DNA of 57,333 nucleotides, the filler included, from Sphacelaria rigidula (taxonomy: Eukaryota), in assembly GCA_964200075.2 (NCBI GenBank). It is 6 parts of 6 records of this genome, joined end to end, with 100 filler letters (N's around TTAATTAATTAA, not from the genome) between each part and the next. Parts side by side here need not be neighbours in the genome. Positions count along the whole stretch, not along the records: positions 1 to 9,473 come from CAXNAA020008411.1; positions 9,574 to 19,045 come from CAXNAA020008412.1; 4 more parts are not named here. One strand, given 5' to 3'. The translations under genes were made by a program, and so were the position numbers. A model generated the notes under the pieces. That model saw only the letters and a list, made by a program, of their open reading frames with translations. It made no database searches and was not told the origin of the DNA. Positions 1-12,629 of the stretch are shown in pieces. The first letter of the stretch is position 1; each line of letters begins with the position of its first letter.

Positions 1-12
1 CCCGGCCCCCGC

Positions 13-293
13 GGAGGTGTCTCTATTAGGAGTAGAAACGGTGCTTCGACTCGAAAGGGATGCGTGGTCAATGGTCAATCGACCAAGGCAAGCAACAAAT
101 GATTACGCCTCCCGCCCCCATCCCCCGCTCCTCGGAACGACTTCGTAGCCTCAAAGGGATCAACTCAGCCCTTCTGTCCATCGCGTAGCGCTCTATTAGG
201 AGTAGGAACGGTGCTCCGTCTCGAAAGGAATGCGTGGTCAATGGTCGAACGACCAAGGCAAGCAACAAATGAGTACGTCTCCCCCCCCCCCGC
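13..293 (+). mobile_element. Two 5'-truncated 3'-end fragments of a LINE (about 13-125 and 191-293)
   Basis: Both encode variants of the LINE ORF end (consensus GVSIRSRNGAPSRKGCVVNG.TTKASNK*), followed by (G/T)TACG and a C-tract; same sequence as the end of the long fragment at 13953-14672. Confidence 0.8.
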
Positions 294-836
294 GCATATC
301 TGGCTGATAGTTTGTTTCATTAGGATTTGAATCAGCACTCCCGCACCTCGGCGGCTCTCGTCGAGCTCTCTGTGCCACTCGAGTCCTAACGCTTTCAACG
401 GTGAAAATCGGATTCTTCTCCAAAAAACCACCGGGCACGGCGGTACAAAACCCTACTAAAACGAAATACAAGGTTGCGACGAGCCCGAAACACTGACCTT
501 TAGCTATAGTCCCACCTGATGAGGTACCGCCTCCTTTATGGATCCTTGATCTACGCATTGTTTCCGCCACTCTAGCAACCTCTTCCGCCGGACTAGTCCT
601 CGGTCGTGATGGATCAGATCACATCCTTTTATCCCGCGGCACATGCTTTTACGTTTTCGTGTTGCGAATGGGATCAGCACTCTTGCATCCTTTCCACTGC
701 CGTCAAAATTAGCTCTCGTTGCTGCTCAGGTTCTCACGTTTTGAACGGACTGACGAAAATCGGAATAGTTCTCGGAGAAATATCCACAAACATATCGAAC
801 CCTGAACCTCTCCGGCTTGACTGGTTTCAGCTGTGA

Positions 837-1186
837 GTGATGCTACGACAAGGGGAGGGGGGGGCGGGAGGGGGGATATTCTGGGCCATTTCTTCCACGA
901 ATTTCCACCACAAGCCATCGTTGAAAAGCACCGACGTTCGTCGGAACGCGCTTGTTACCAATGGGGCACATTCATTCATACTACTCAACACCATTTTCAC
1001 ACAAGCACAAACGCAACACGAGTGGTCAGGGTGTCTGACACAACTTAGAGCCCCTGTTTTTTGCGGAATCAAACATATCCCCCCCCCCCCCCTCCCCTAT
1101 CGTCTCGAAAGGGATGCGTGGTCAATGGTCAAACGACTAAGGCAAGCAACAAATGAGTACGCCCCCCTCCCCTACCGTAGTATCGC
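837..1186. mobile_element. MITE family A (TIR about ATGCTACGATAGGGG) with a LINE 3' fragment inserted in its right TIR
   Basis: TIRs gtgatgctacgac..ggg / ccc..ccgtagtatcgc; interior similar to copies at 4090-4334 and 36027-36273; LINE end at 1101-1161 flanked by duplicated CCCCTCCCCTA(T/C)CGT. Confidence 0.75.
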
Positions 1187-1276
1187 TCCTGTACCATTTT
1201 AGTCAAGTCACTATGGCACAGCGGCTTCTCATCTTCTCCCTGCCCTGTGCACTTCCGTCCTGCTGCTTTTTTGCAG

Positions 1277-1330
1277 AGTGGTACGATCGACCTGAGCGAG
1301 TTCGCTACGTTCTTGAGCAGGGGGCAACAG
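1277..1330 (+). CDS. Isolated coding exon, C-terminal half of an EF-hand (SGTIDLSEFATFLSRGQQ)
   Basis: Polypyrimidine tract + ttgcag acceptor, gtgag donor, 54 nt phase 0/0; fits EF-hand loop end G-x-I-D-x-x-E-F. Confidence 0.6.
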
Positions 1331-2025
1331 GTGAGAGGAAGACAAGTGGAGGCACAGTTACTTCGAGATACAAATAGTCGGAGACATAAGGAGAGAGACA
1401 CAGACAGACAGAGATGAGGCGAATAACTATAGAGACGTGAAGAATTCAAGTTAACATTCACGGGTTCCCGAGTTTTTCTCACGAAAATTGAGCGTGTTTG
1501 AATGATCGTCGCTTTGTGCTTTGCGGCTAGAGATGCGGAGGGCACAGATATTTCGTGATACAAGTAGTTGAAGAAATGGAGAGATGAGCGAAATAGAGTC
1601 ATGGATACGATAGGTTTACCCCTCGAGGGCTCAGGGATTTTGCACAAAGCGAAATATGGTTGAAATTTGGTCGTTGAATGCCTTACGGCTTGATCTGATG
1701 TTCTGATTTTGACGCTCTTGTGTTTGAGGATTGTCTCGACCGTACAAGTAGGGATTCACACATCTAGTATATCCAGCGGTATCCACGTTGAAATCAAGTC
1801 AACCTGTGTATAATGATATTTATATATGTGAAAATAAACACAGGCAACGAGAGGCGATGAATAGGCAAGGAACCAGAGATATGCAGACACGCATATCCTT
1901 ACACTTGTCAGTTCCATTTATATCTATATCTTCAAATATAGATATTAGTGAGCATATCGTCCTGGACCTGAACCACTGATGCCAACGAACACTGGGCATA
2001 TATATATATACTATCCTTAGAGAAA

Positions 2026-2127
2026 TGAATCATCGCGACTCCTCAGGTCTGTAGACCCAAACTTTGAATCATCGCGACTCCTCAGGTCTGTAGACCCAAA
2101 CTTTGAATTCTCGCGGCTCCTCAGGTT
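2026..2127. repeat. 39-bp tandem repeat, about 2.6 copies
   Basis: tgaatcatcgcgactcctcaggtctgtagacccaaactt starts at 2026, 2065 and (degenerate) 2104. Confidence 0.9.
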
Positions 2128-4089
2128 TTGAAACACTCTCCGGCGCCAGTTGCGACCAGCAAGTTGGGGTCCGGGACTAAATGAAACAGTTCTGTGGAAG
2201 CGCACGGTATACAGAGCACGGTAAAAAATTGAGAGCGCAGGGCGTGTTCCTGGATCGTACATCGTCAAGCGTCAAGCTTTCGAACTGCATCAGCCAGCCG
2301 ACGGAACTCCTTGTATAAGGGTCGATATACACGACACCCCTGCGCATTCCGAGAATACTTTTTTTTTCGTTTTTCTTTTTCCTTAAAGGAGGGAGGAGAT
2401 TTCATCCAAAACTTTCCCCGCGATCGGGTTTGTGGGCCGATTTTCCGGATCCTCGGTTAGATCGCCTCACGGCAGTCATGTGGGGGTAGGCGCCTTGGGC
2501 GTTCGGAAAGCTATGCTCGAGGCAGTGTGGGAGCTGAACCCACTCAAACCCGCGTCAACTTGGCTCAGTGCACGCGCCGTCCTACCCTTATCCAAAAATA
2601 CATCTGTACAATGGAGAGCCATCCTGCGCCAGGATAGGATACGGGACAGAGCTTTCGAGGGTACTTAATCGGCGTTGGGCTTCAAATGTTCAAGGTTAAC
2701 ACGATTTTACAAGTATCGCTACCCCTAACCCTAACCCCAACCCAACGCAAACAGAGAACCCTGGGGCAACGGCGGCACATAGCAATTCCCTAGGCAAAGT
2801 GCAGCCTTGGTAGACCCCAAATCGGCGCCGGTGGCGCCGATTTCAACGAAAACGCGTTCTGCGCACGCGAGGAGCACACGGGACTGTCAGCCTTACTAAA
2901 GATCCGACTCTCGTTGTACACACTCAAATCAAGTAATATCAACCATGGACATTTGTAGCCGAACGCCGGTTACCTTTACTGGTGTTTTCGACCAAAGTGC
3001 TTCTCGAGAATAGCCACGTTGTCGGGAGGTTTTTATGAATGGTCTTTGTCGACTCCTTGAGTGACATACAATGAATGCTAAACGCCACTTTTTCCTTCGA
3101 GAGTGCACGTACACAAAGATGTATCGTATGTCGTTGTAGATAATCAGATCCACGTAACCCGCTTTCTGGCGGGCATTGGCACCCCTACCGTCTGTCTCGC
3201 CGCCTGCTCACGGTGTAAGCTAGGCAACCAGGTTACCCTTTTTTTTCTGGCTTGCATTTTGTTTTGCGGTGACCAAGATAATGGTCGAGGTAGATCATCA
3301 TGTGCAGGGCGGAGAGCCTGAATCCGCGCAAAGGGGACCAATCGTAGTACGAGTCGTAAGTAATGTTTAAATGGCGTGACTCCCGTCAGGCCCTGTGTAA
3401 CCCGTGGCTGGCTCGAGAAGTAGCGATATCAGGAAATGAAAGAACTGATTGGAGGTCATCATCCACATGCAAGATAATTAGTTCGCTCCGGGCCGAATAA
3501 TCTTGGCAGGATGCAGCTCAGCCTTCATGCGACTCGCCGAACACATCAGAACACTTCGCGCTTGGTGATTGATTGCGAGCCTGGTCCGGCGAAGAGCCGA
3601 CATGGTCCGTCCCAGCTCTGTAGGGATGCGAGGTCAATGGTCTTATGCCCTCGGTGTGCAGGATGGTTTTACTTTTGCATATATGTTCGACAATTACCGA
3701 TTACGATAGACCGCATTATGTACGCAACGCTGACATGAAGGCCCATTGTCTCCGCATGACGCCTACTGCTGCACACCAATCTCTCCACCATAAGCCGCTA
3801 GTGGAGAGAACGACTGGACACAGACGAGAAAAGTAAAGTCAAAATTGACGCCCAATAGGACAATGTACTGTACTCCGAAGGCAGAGGCAAACTGCAATTC
3901 TACAGCGCGATTCAGACCCTTGACGTTTCGCCGTGTCTTCTGGTATACATTCACTTGAACATACACACAGAGAGATATATGGCGCCCATGACGTGAGTGC
4001 GCTACCAATAAATGATGACACTAAGAACTTACGGCACGAGCCAGGCGTTCACTCTCGGCGTTATACGGTTGTATTTACGATGTAGTGTT

Positions 4090-4334
4090 ATGCTACGATA
4101 GGGCGGGGGGGGGTATTTTGGGCTATTTTCCCCACGAAATTCCGCTTCAAATCGTGGTTGAAGCGAGCAACGGTTGTTCGAACGCACTCATTACCGACAA
4201 ATGACGCTCAGTCATACTCCTTGACAAAGTTTTTATCCAAATACAAGCGCAGCGCGAGTGTGTTGGATCGTCTAACATACTCATCAGTTCTCTGTTTCGT
4301 GGAATGAAATACCCCCCGCCCCCTACTGTAGCAT
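4090..4334. mobile_element. MITE family A
   Basis: TIR atgctacgataggg ... ccctactgtagcat; about 245 bp; similar to 837-1186 and 36027-36273. Confidence 0.75.
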
Positions 4335-4552
4335 GATTCTACATACATGAGGATTCGCCGGCTTTCGCCCCCACGCCCAATAGATCGATTCCGAGGAGCG
4401 TGATGAACGTGATCCACAGCTGCATGGGGTGGGTGGGAAAACACATCCATCGGTGCTGGCAACAGGCACGGATCGGATACAGATACAACATATTCGAAAC
4501 ATGAGCGAAAATTGAAGTAAGTCGCAGGATTTATCCAGCCGTTGAATCATGC

Positions 4553-4875
4553 AGTGTTCTGTAGGGTATGTTCGCAGCCGTAACAGGAGTATTTCCCCGA
4601 ATATAACCCATACCCGAGATTTCTGTGAGTTCTGTAAGATATTCAGAGCCGTACCCGGAACTCTTGTAAGTTTTAAATAGCTTCTTTGCAATGATCGGGG
4701 ATGACTTCCCCTCATCAAAACCCTGTGTGCAGCCACGGGTACGGCGTCCGTACCCGTATCCGGAACTCCTGTGAGATCTGTCAGATATTCATCCCAGTGC
4801 CCGGAACTCGAGTACATTCTGTACAACTTCCATACCCGTACCCGGCATACCCGTACCCTATAGAACACAACCTTG
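4553..4875. mobile_element. Non-autonomous TIR element family B (terminus CCGTACCCTACAGAACACAACCTTG; internal GGGTACGGGTATG/ACAGAACTCACAGAA subrepeats)
   Basis: Partial left TIR gtgttctgtagggta and right TIR taccctatagaacacaaccttg; same terminus at 5956, 7165 and 49405. Confidence 0.65.
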
Positions 4876-5658
4876 CAATAATACGTACCGCCGTTCTCTC
4901 GTGTCCCAGTGTATGCAGCGATGAGTGTGTGGCGCTCGAGGGAAAAGTTGGTTGTCTCTAAAGGAATCCATGATTTTATTGGACGGGGCCGATTTTCATT
5001 CGTTATGAAGAAAAAATCAAGAAAAAACGTGAAATAAACTGTGAATAAAATGACGCGAGGAGACTAAAACTACTGCGCGAGTGCATTTTTTACACACATT
5101 GCTTACTCGAGTCCACTGATGTCCTGGAACCAAAACCACCATATCTACCAGCTCCTAAGTTGGAAGCGACACGAGGCTTCCCTAGCGCTCCAGAGCAAAC
5201 TTGCACGCTATCCCATGTTCCTGGGAAAGTGTTTTTCCTGGACCAAATGAATAAAAAAGAGGAAGGTTGGGGGGGGGGGGGCAAAGAGCACTAGCGGCGA
5301 AGAGAGTGAACTGATGAGCAAGGAATGTGAAATATTTATCTTGTAACGAAATACAACCGAACCCGACAGCTCCCAAGAGAAAAGCGAAAGGACCTTCCCT
5401 TCTTACTCCAGAGAAGATTTGTACTCCATCTATCTAATGACGTTGTTCTTAGGAGACCGAGTTTTTGCCGAACTGAAAACAAAAAAAGGGGGAGACGCGA
5501 AAACTCCACCGAACAATTGTGAAGGAAAACAAATGTAGTTAAAATGCTGTGTCAGAACGACATGTAACCATTTCTGTCAGTTTCTAGTGTCAGGGAGGAG
5601 CGAAATAATGGAGGTCTCTTAACGCTTGGGAGAAAAAGCGCACTCCATCTATTGTTCT

Positions 5659-5956
5659 TGGAGGTTGCACAGAAAATCGTACCCGCAACCAGGTATCTTC
5701 CCAAGAGCATACCCGTGCCCCGCGGTAACGGTACAGGAGGCTTACAGAACTCACTGAACTATCGGATAAATGTATGAAAGCCTTACAGAGATTACAGAAC
5801 TGTTGGGTACCGGTATGAAGGTCTTACAGAGTTGGTAAAAGTGCCGGTTACCGATGTGAAAGTCGTATAGAAGTCACAGAAGTGTAAAATACGGGAAATA
5901 CCCGTGTGAATACCCCGGGTGTACAGAAAACCGTACCCTACAAAACACGACCTTGG
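5659..5956 (-). mobile_element. TIR element family B, terminal fragment
   Basis: Subrepeats plus terminus ccgtaccctacaaaacacgaccttgg; closely similar to 6909-7165. Confidence 0.65.
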
Positions 5957-6038
5957 TATTATCATTACCCCTGTGATGGGACCTATGTCACTGCGGTGGC
6001 GAACTACGTATGACAGTTCACGAAAACTCCGATCCGCT

Positions 6039-7165
6039 TCACGCGGTTGATAGAGAATGACTACACGAACAATCGTAGTAGTGCATGTGCACGGGAACGT
6101 CAACATCTATCGGCTTCACGTACACTCCCAGAGAGTACATGAAGGAGCATTCACGGCTGCCCGCACTCTGGAAGCCCTTCGGCACGACAAAATCATCGAC
6201 GGCCTTGACGACTTTCGGTGGCAGGTCATACTCATTGCTGTGCATGTCGATAACGGCCTGGGGTTGGATGACCACGACATTACCACCATCAACGTCGATG
6301 ACGTGCGTCTTGCTACTTGATCCCCTGGTGGCGCAGATGAACCGCCCCCGCTCAAGCCACCACTCGAATCTGGGGGTGATCCATCCTGACGGTCTGCAGT
6401 GCTGCTCATGTTTTTTGTTTCCACTCAGCGGTACCTCGTATGCCGTCAGACTCTAAACTCAAGAACTTTCCGCCGACATTGGATGTTTGTTGGTGTCAGT
6501 GTTGAATGAAGGAGTAGGGTGGGTTGATCGATGGGAGGTCCATGTTCAGGTCATGTGGTTGTGTTTGCATTGAACCTATATTCATCCTCCCCACGGTATA
6601 TATCCTGTGCTCGTACCTGCAATCGGGTATACATCTACAACGGCATCTAACTCCAGGTAAGGGTATGGGAGGCTCTCAGAGATCACAGAACTGCCGAGTA
6701 CCGGTACTGGATGAAAGCCTTCAAGAAATTACAGAACTTGTAGGGTACGGTATGGGAGGCTCACAGAAAAATCGTAACGGTAACCGGGTATTTCTTAAAG
6801 AGCATACACGCGCTCCGGGTACGGGTAAACATTCTGTATAGAACGCGCAGAACTGTCGGGTAAGGGTATGGAAGGCTTACGGAACTCACAAAAATTGTCG
6901 GGTAGAGTGTGGAGGTTGCACAGAAAACCGCACCCGCAACCGAGTATCTCATCAAGAGCGTACCCGTGCCCCCCGGTAACGGTACGGGAGGCTTGCAGAA
7001 CTCACAGAACAAGCGGTGAGGGTATGAAAATCTTACAGAGATTACACAACTGTCGGGTACTGGTATGAAAGTCTTACAGAAGTAAAAAAACTGCCGGGTA
7101 CGGTAAAAACCCGGGAAAATACCCCGTATAGACAGAAAACCGTACCCTACAGAACACAACCTTGG
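6039..7165 (-). mobile_element. TIR element family B end with subterminal repeats and a truncated coding relic (possible hAT-like transposase N-terminus at 6039-6410)
   Basis: Terminus at 7165, repeat array about 6600-7150, then frameshifted coding-like sequence ...HVIDVDGGNVVVIQPQAVIDMHSNEYDLPPKVVKAVDDFVVPKGFQSAGSRECSFMYSLGVYVKP; transposase identity is inference. Confidence 0.45.
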
Positions 7166-8182
7166 AAATTTCAGGTGTATTAAATATTATCATGTATACA
7201 TATATATATATATAAAGGGAAGAAAATTCGTCCGAATCTCCCAGGCGTACATTTTGTAGTTAAGGCGTTTTTTTTTTTTTTTCATTTGAGTTGTTTTTTT
7301 ACGAAGTTGACGGTTTCCAAGGCGACGCTTTCATTTCTTTGTCGAGATGAGATGCATGTCCGTCGATAGATCAGGAACGGCAACACGCGAAAACGTGCCA
7401 AGACCCAAACGCGCGGTCGATAGGATGTGAACGATACTCTTAAGCTAACTTGCAATACTGCTGCGCGAGCCAGGTATCGTTCGCTCTTTTTCATGCATGT
7501 TTTTGTTCTCAGTGAATATATATATATATATGTGTAATACAGGAGTTACATGTTGGCTCATTTTCGAGCCCTGCAGACAAGTGCATTTTTGCCGTGTTCT
7601 TCACTTGATTTTAGTGTACACATATTTCGGGGTCAGTTCGTTCCATGAACCTCTGAGAAGCCAGCATTTCTTCTTGACTTGATTCTAGAGTACATTTTTT
7701 CGCTGAGTATACGTATCAGCCTCTTCGCTTGCATTTCGCTGGGCATTAGACTGCGTTCCCGTTCTGCTTAGGTTTGGAGTGCATACGCTTTCCGCGCTGT
7801 GTTCTTCGTGTTGTTTTGACGTTTGATGCCTTTCCTCGTTGGACGGTGAACCCTTTGACCGTCGGAGATACCGCCTCTCACCGTACACACACCCCACATT
7901 CATTCGTGGAACCAGTATCGTTTTCGCTTGAAAATTGAATCGGCATCGTGCTCAGTTGGATCGGCTGAGTGGAACGACTCTCCGTTCAATCGCGGGGCAC
8001 ACCGGGAGCATGTTGTGATCTTGCCCGCATGTCGTATCGTCTCGACTATACTCCCCTTTCACCTTCCCTGGACTGCTGTTGTGGCTGCTGCTGCTGCTGC
8101 TGCTGCTCTACCGTACATGCGATCATTTCATCATGAGACACTAAAAACAACGGCTTCTACTTCAGATATTGAGTCGGCAGCT

Positions 8183-8335
8183 GGTTGCCCCGGTGGCTCA
8201 GTTGGTAACCTCGAAACCCTCTGACGGTTGGGTCGTGGGTTCGAACCTCAGTGTAGTCACACGATCTGGGATTTTATCTCACACAATGCCCAACAGTGGA
8301 GAGCAACTTTGTCGTGGGGGTCGATAAAATTTGAC
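8183..8335 (+). mobile_element. tRNA-derived SINE
   Basis: Pol III A box TGGCTCAGTTGG and B box GGTTCGAACC; body shared with copy at 32172. Confidence 0.75.
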
Positions 8336-9021
8336 CACCTGTGTGTTTCCGGTTTGCGGCAGCAATGAGATAGATCCCCGCGTTCAATCAAGCTGTGTCT
8401 TCGGTTTGCGGGTGCAACAACTTCCTGCGTTCGCCTCTGATTGTGTTGGGTAATTTGTCATGTGCCAAGCCTTGCATGAGCCTCTGCCATCGGGGGGACA
8501 CCTATTTTGTTCCTCTTCTGGCTAGAAACGAAGAAAATCTGTTCGTTTTCGGAATCGGCATCATGATCAATTGATAAAGGTATGAAACAGCAGTGTGCCG
8601 TCCTTCTCCACTGAACGCTCGAGGCGGAGGTAAACACAAAGCCTTCTTTTTCGAATTCAAATCGGCATCAGCTCAGCGGGTGCTGACCCTTTTTCTTCGG
8701 GTGGTGGACGCGAGTCTCGCCCAAATCATCGTCTCCCACGAAAATCTGAAAAGGTTTGCGCAAGGCCTGGAACAACGTGCCCAGCTCATGGGCTAGCTGC
8801 CACTACGGCTTTGGCAAACTGCGCCATGTACCATTACGCAACGCACATGGGTATCAGTACCAGTGCCCATGTATCTTGCCTGTCGATCCATTAAGCGTGG
8901 TGGCGATAGCCGCCGAAACTCTTGCAAATATACACGATATGTTCATCTCTTTGATTTGTTTTTGCCCCCACTGTGCTTCGGACGCGATGCGCCGATTGCC
9001 ATGCTGTTTATTGTACACCAG

Positions 9022-9171
9022 GGAGTTACGGCGTCCGTTAGCGCATGGCAAAAGCAGGAGCAACAGAGGAAGTCGGAGGATACGGAGACTCGCTCGGTGC
9101 AATTGCAGCCCATCAACGACTACAAGGCCCAGCGGATCAAGAATAGGCTGTGCCATTGCCTCAACAAGGCG
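9022..9171 (+). CDS. Isolated coding exon of unknown protein (GVTASVSAWQKQEQQRK...NRLCHCLNKA)
   Basis: cag acceptor, gtgagt donor, 150 nt open frame, phase 0/0 compatible with exon 1277-1330. Confidence 0.55.
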
Positions 9172-9473
9172 GTGAGTTGCGTGTGATGCAGCATAGAAAT
9201 CAGCGGGGGAAACCATGAAGAAAGGGAGGAATTAGAACACACGAAGAGGGGAGAGCAAATAGCAAGTGATATATATATATATGTATATATATTTATTTTC
9301 TGTCTTCTTTTGAATCGAAGACTTTTGATTACACGAGACGCAGAAACGATCATTAATGATGACAGCAAGTTGAGTTTGTCCCATTTATCAAGTCAAGAGA
9401 AGCTTCTTTTTTTTTCTTTGATGGAAGGAGGAAACCCAACCCAACACTTACCCCGCTGGCGATCGCAAACGAT

Positions 9474-9573
9474 NNNNNNNNNNNNNNNNNNNNNNNNNNN
9501 NNNNNNNNNNNNNNNNNTTAATTAATTAANNNNNNNNNNNNNNNNNNNNNNNNNNNNNNNNNNNNNNNNNNNN
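9474..9573. other. Artificial contig linker (N44-TTAATTAATTAA-N44)
   Basis: 100-nt spacer with stop codons in all six frames; identical spacers recur every 9572 nt. Confidence 0.98.
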
Positions 9574-9647
9574 CGCTCCAGGAATCGAACCCCCCGACTC
9601 AACCATCAGAAGGTTACGAGGTTACCAACTGAGCCACCGGGGCGACC
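9574..9647 (-). mobile_element. tRNA-derived SINE head, cut by contig end
   Basis: Reverse complement ggtcgccccggTGGCTCAGTTGGtaacc...GGTTCGATTCCtggagcg; nearly identical to 47686-47761. Confidence 0.75.
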
Positions 9648-10894
9648 AAGTGAGACGTTGAATTTGTTCCTCAGGAGTCAAGGTCGTTTTATTAAACAAT
9701 TTCCCGCAAGAATAATATGTCCTTGACTCATGAAAAACAATTATCAACATTTAACAAGAACCTTATATTGTGCCCATGCGATTGAATACACCAAACTTCA
9801 AAGCACAACTCTCAAAACCGAGCCGCCCCACTGTTCAGATTTAGCGCGCTTGGTGCAGTATCTTGAATCAATTATGGTCTATCATTTGAGCCATATCTCT
9901 CGATAGATGACGAATTATGTCAAGGTGAGGGTATCGATCGTTTTCCCGTGCCCCAAGCCAGCGTCATCCGCTGATGACATTGTGAAGATATTTTGTATAG
10001 GCTTCGACATCGAGATATCTCCGTACATCACAGGATTTTCAGTACTCGACATAGTGTTTAACTAACGAGAAAGCATTTGGCCGAGCTTTTGAGTAGATGT
10101 TCATCTACACCTTTATGAGTGGATTGATGAGATGTGCGGTTTACTGCCCAATTCGTCTGCGTCGATGATATATGGCTGCAATGGCTCAAATTCGTTTCTA
10201 AGCTGGTCCAGCTCGTAGTGGACGTAAGTATACTTGGTGTCAGTGTTGATACTACAGTAACAACCATTGGGGTTTATTGTAGACATGAATATGCACATGA
10301 TTCCGGCCTACGGGTATAATAAAATGATCAATTTGTTACAGTGATGAGGATTAGCGGGACCGTATTTTGACTTTTTTGCCTATACCGTAAGAGTTTGGGT
10401 CTTCGTATCCCTTTGCGATGAATCTGGTGTGTGCGATAACGCCGATGTGTGCGGTACTGAAAAAAACCACAGTGGCGATACTGGGTATTATAAACGCCCA
10501 CACCTCTGCGATAACTCCGGTATGTGTGATACTGGATAAAACCACAGCGGTGTTACAGGGTGTTCCTGCTGTGCTGTGGACCAGTAGGGAGAAGGTTGGC
10601 TGCGTGAACAATGTCACCTGCACCCCAACAGGTAGAGGTTGTCGGCAGAACACTGACGAGCATCGAGTCGTGACGAGGAGGATAGAGAGTGAGTGTTTGG
10701 TTAGGTGCCGCGAACGAAGGACGACGTGCTTCCCCATTGGAAATGTATCCATACTCTTCCCAGCTTCTTTGTCTTTTGCTGTCATGTTTTCCCGTCTCTC
10801 TCGTTTTTATTTCCCGCCATGAGTACTATAGTTAACAATGTTTTGGTGTGATTGAGCGTAGAGGACACGGTTGAGAGTGAGAAGCGGTCAATTA

Positions 10895-11135
10895 ATGAAT
10901 GAATACTTTCAGATCCGAAATGCCCCTCCACGAGCCCCAATACGCTTTCTGTAGTAGCTTACCGCTGAAGCCCTTGATATTCCTGACTAGGATATCGACG
11001 TGTACCTGGAAGCACACGACGGTGTTAAAGTCAAAGGAATGCACGTACATCATGAAAAAATGGTCACGTCAAATCGAATGATGAAAACCCACCCTCAATC
11101 AACGCTCTACAGTCAATCTCACGAAAACGTTGTTA
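10895..11135. repeat. Dispersed repeat of about 240 bp (second copy at 17367-17608)
   Basis: tgaatgaat...atgcccctccacgag...taggatatcgacgtgta.ctggaagcacacg...tctcacgaaaacgt present at both loci. Confidence 0.8.
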
Positions 11136-11249
11136 GTTGCAGGTCAGGGCAAGCGCTGTTTGATTCTTCTGCGTGCTTGGCTGAGTGGATACAAATCACC
11201 GATTTTTTTGAAACGTTCTTCCCCGTTTCCACGTGTGGATCGCTACGGC

Positions 11250-12119
11250 GTCATAAACACAGCAGTGGAGTCCACGATGGGAAACCGTGACATACTAGCG
11301 CCTCGACCGTTGCGGTGCAATAAGTGCCCCGCAACCGATCGCGGTACTACAGTGCTCAATCAATGTCACGCCCAAAATTCGGGTTTTGTCGGGTTCATCA
11401 CACAGAGGTGCGATGGCCCCGACATGTGCGAAGACCCACAGTTTTACGGTAATGGTGTCATTCGGAGGCAACCGCTGTACCCAGGTGGGCAGGTGAACCC
11501 ACTTCCCGTTTATGGTGACTTCACGTATTACAATATGTCCGACATCTCAGCATTTTCTGCAGCGGGAAGAGATGCCAACGACTTCCTCCCATGCGCCATT
11601 TGTGATCTTCACGTAAAGAGGGTAAACATGCGTCACCATGTTGCCGTCCTCCAGCGCCCAAAGCTGCAAAGAAGGGATGTTTGTGGATCAAGTGGCCGGT
11701 CCGTATGTCGTTGTTCAATTAAGACGCGCATGGCGGGGCGAGGGTGCCGAAAAAATGTCGCCTAACTGTCGTTACGCGTCAAAGGTGGACATCCGGTGTG
11801 AGGCAGTGAAGCTTCGCGCATTCTCGGCGTAAGAGTCCAAGGAGTCGACTCCGTCCACCAAAATGCCAACGTAGTGTAATTTTGCCAGCAGGCGCGTCAC
11901 TCCTAAAAGTACGGCATGGGCGACCACGGAGATAACTACGCGCTCCACTTTGCCGACAACATGGCAAATTCATTGAAAAATAAGTACACCGTGTCGTCGT
12001 CGGAGGAGGAGGAGGAGGAGGAGGAGGAGCAAAATCTTGTTCTCGCTGCCTTCGAGAAGTCCGCGAGGCGAAAGTCTGGGGGGAGAGCTAGACCACAGGA
12101 AATGGGTATTATGCCATAA
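11250..12119 (+). pseudogene. Degenerate Cys/His-rich (zinc-binding-like) coding relic, probably transposon-derived
   Basis: Across frameshifts and stops: CAICDLHVKRVNMRHHVA..VCGSSGRSVC..NCRY..STPSTKMP.C..C..KYGMGDH..YTVSSSEEE. Confidence 0.45.
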
Positions 12120-12629
12120 CGGAAAGGTCGATGGGAAAACCACTGAACAGGAACCGCCAACCTGCGACGGGACATGGGAAAGTCGAGGGGTCCGACGAAG
12201 GTGGCACCGGGGATTGCAGTGGCAACAGCGATGACTCCGAGCGTGTGGACAGCGACGATTCCGCGAGTATAGACAGCGATACCTCCGATAGAGGAAAGAG
12301 CGACATGGATGTACAAAGTGGCAAGTAAGAATAGGCGGACGAGGACCATGACGGCGGGGAAGAAGAGGAAGAAGAACCGGAGAGTGAACAATCACACGAC
12401 ACGGTAGAGCAGAACGGCAAAATATGGTGTGGAACAGGGCGTGATAGACCCCACAAGCGTGGAAGATCCTTCTCCGCGACAGCACGCGCAAGTCGGTCAA
12501 AAATCCTCTGGTGCCACCCCGAAGTCAGCGCGGGAGTAGGAGGCAGCCAATTAAAACGGTTCTCCCGCGAGTCGTAACCGCCCTTTGTATTTATAAAACG
12601 TGATGCGGGTGGTGTATCCGACCCAGGGG

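Noticed and set aside
300..830. Coding or retrotransposon relic on the minus strand
   Set aside because: Interrupted frames with no diagnostic motif
2026..2127. CRISPR-like repeat
   Set aside because: Head-to-tail copies with no unique spacers, eukaryotic context, no cas genes
2722..2745. Telomere (CCCTAA); also TTAGGG-like runs near 48960 and 53045
   Set aside because: Only about two units, internal to contigs; probably parts of repeats
3100..3830. Gypsy integrase relic on the minus strand
   Set aside because: Only faint DNG/HP/WD remnants across frameshifts; not supportable by eye
9574..9647. tRNA gene (also 8183, 32172, 47686)
   Set aside because: A and B boxes are present, but a full T-stem and acceptor stem cannot both form, and copies share a non-tRNA body; treated as a SINE
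12120..12520. Second piggyBac-like acidic N-terminus on the plus strand
   Set aside because: Low-complexity acidic sequence with stops; no catalytic motif follows
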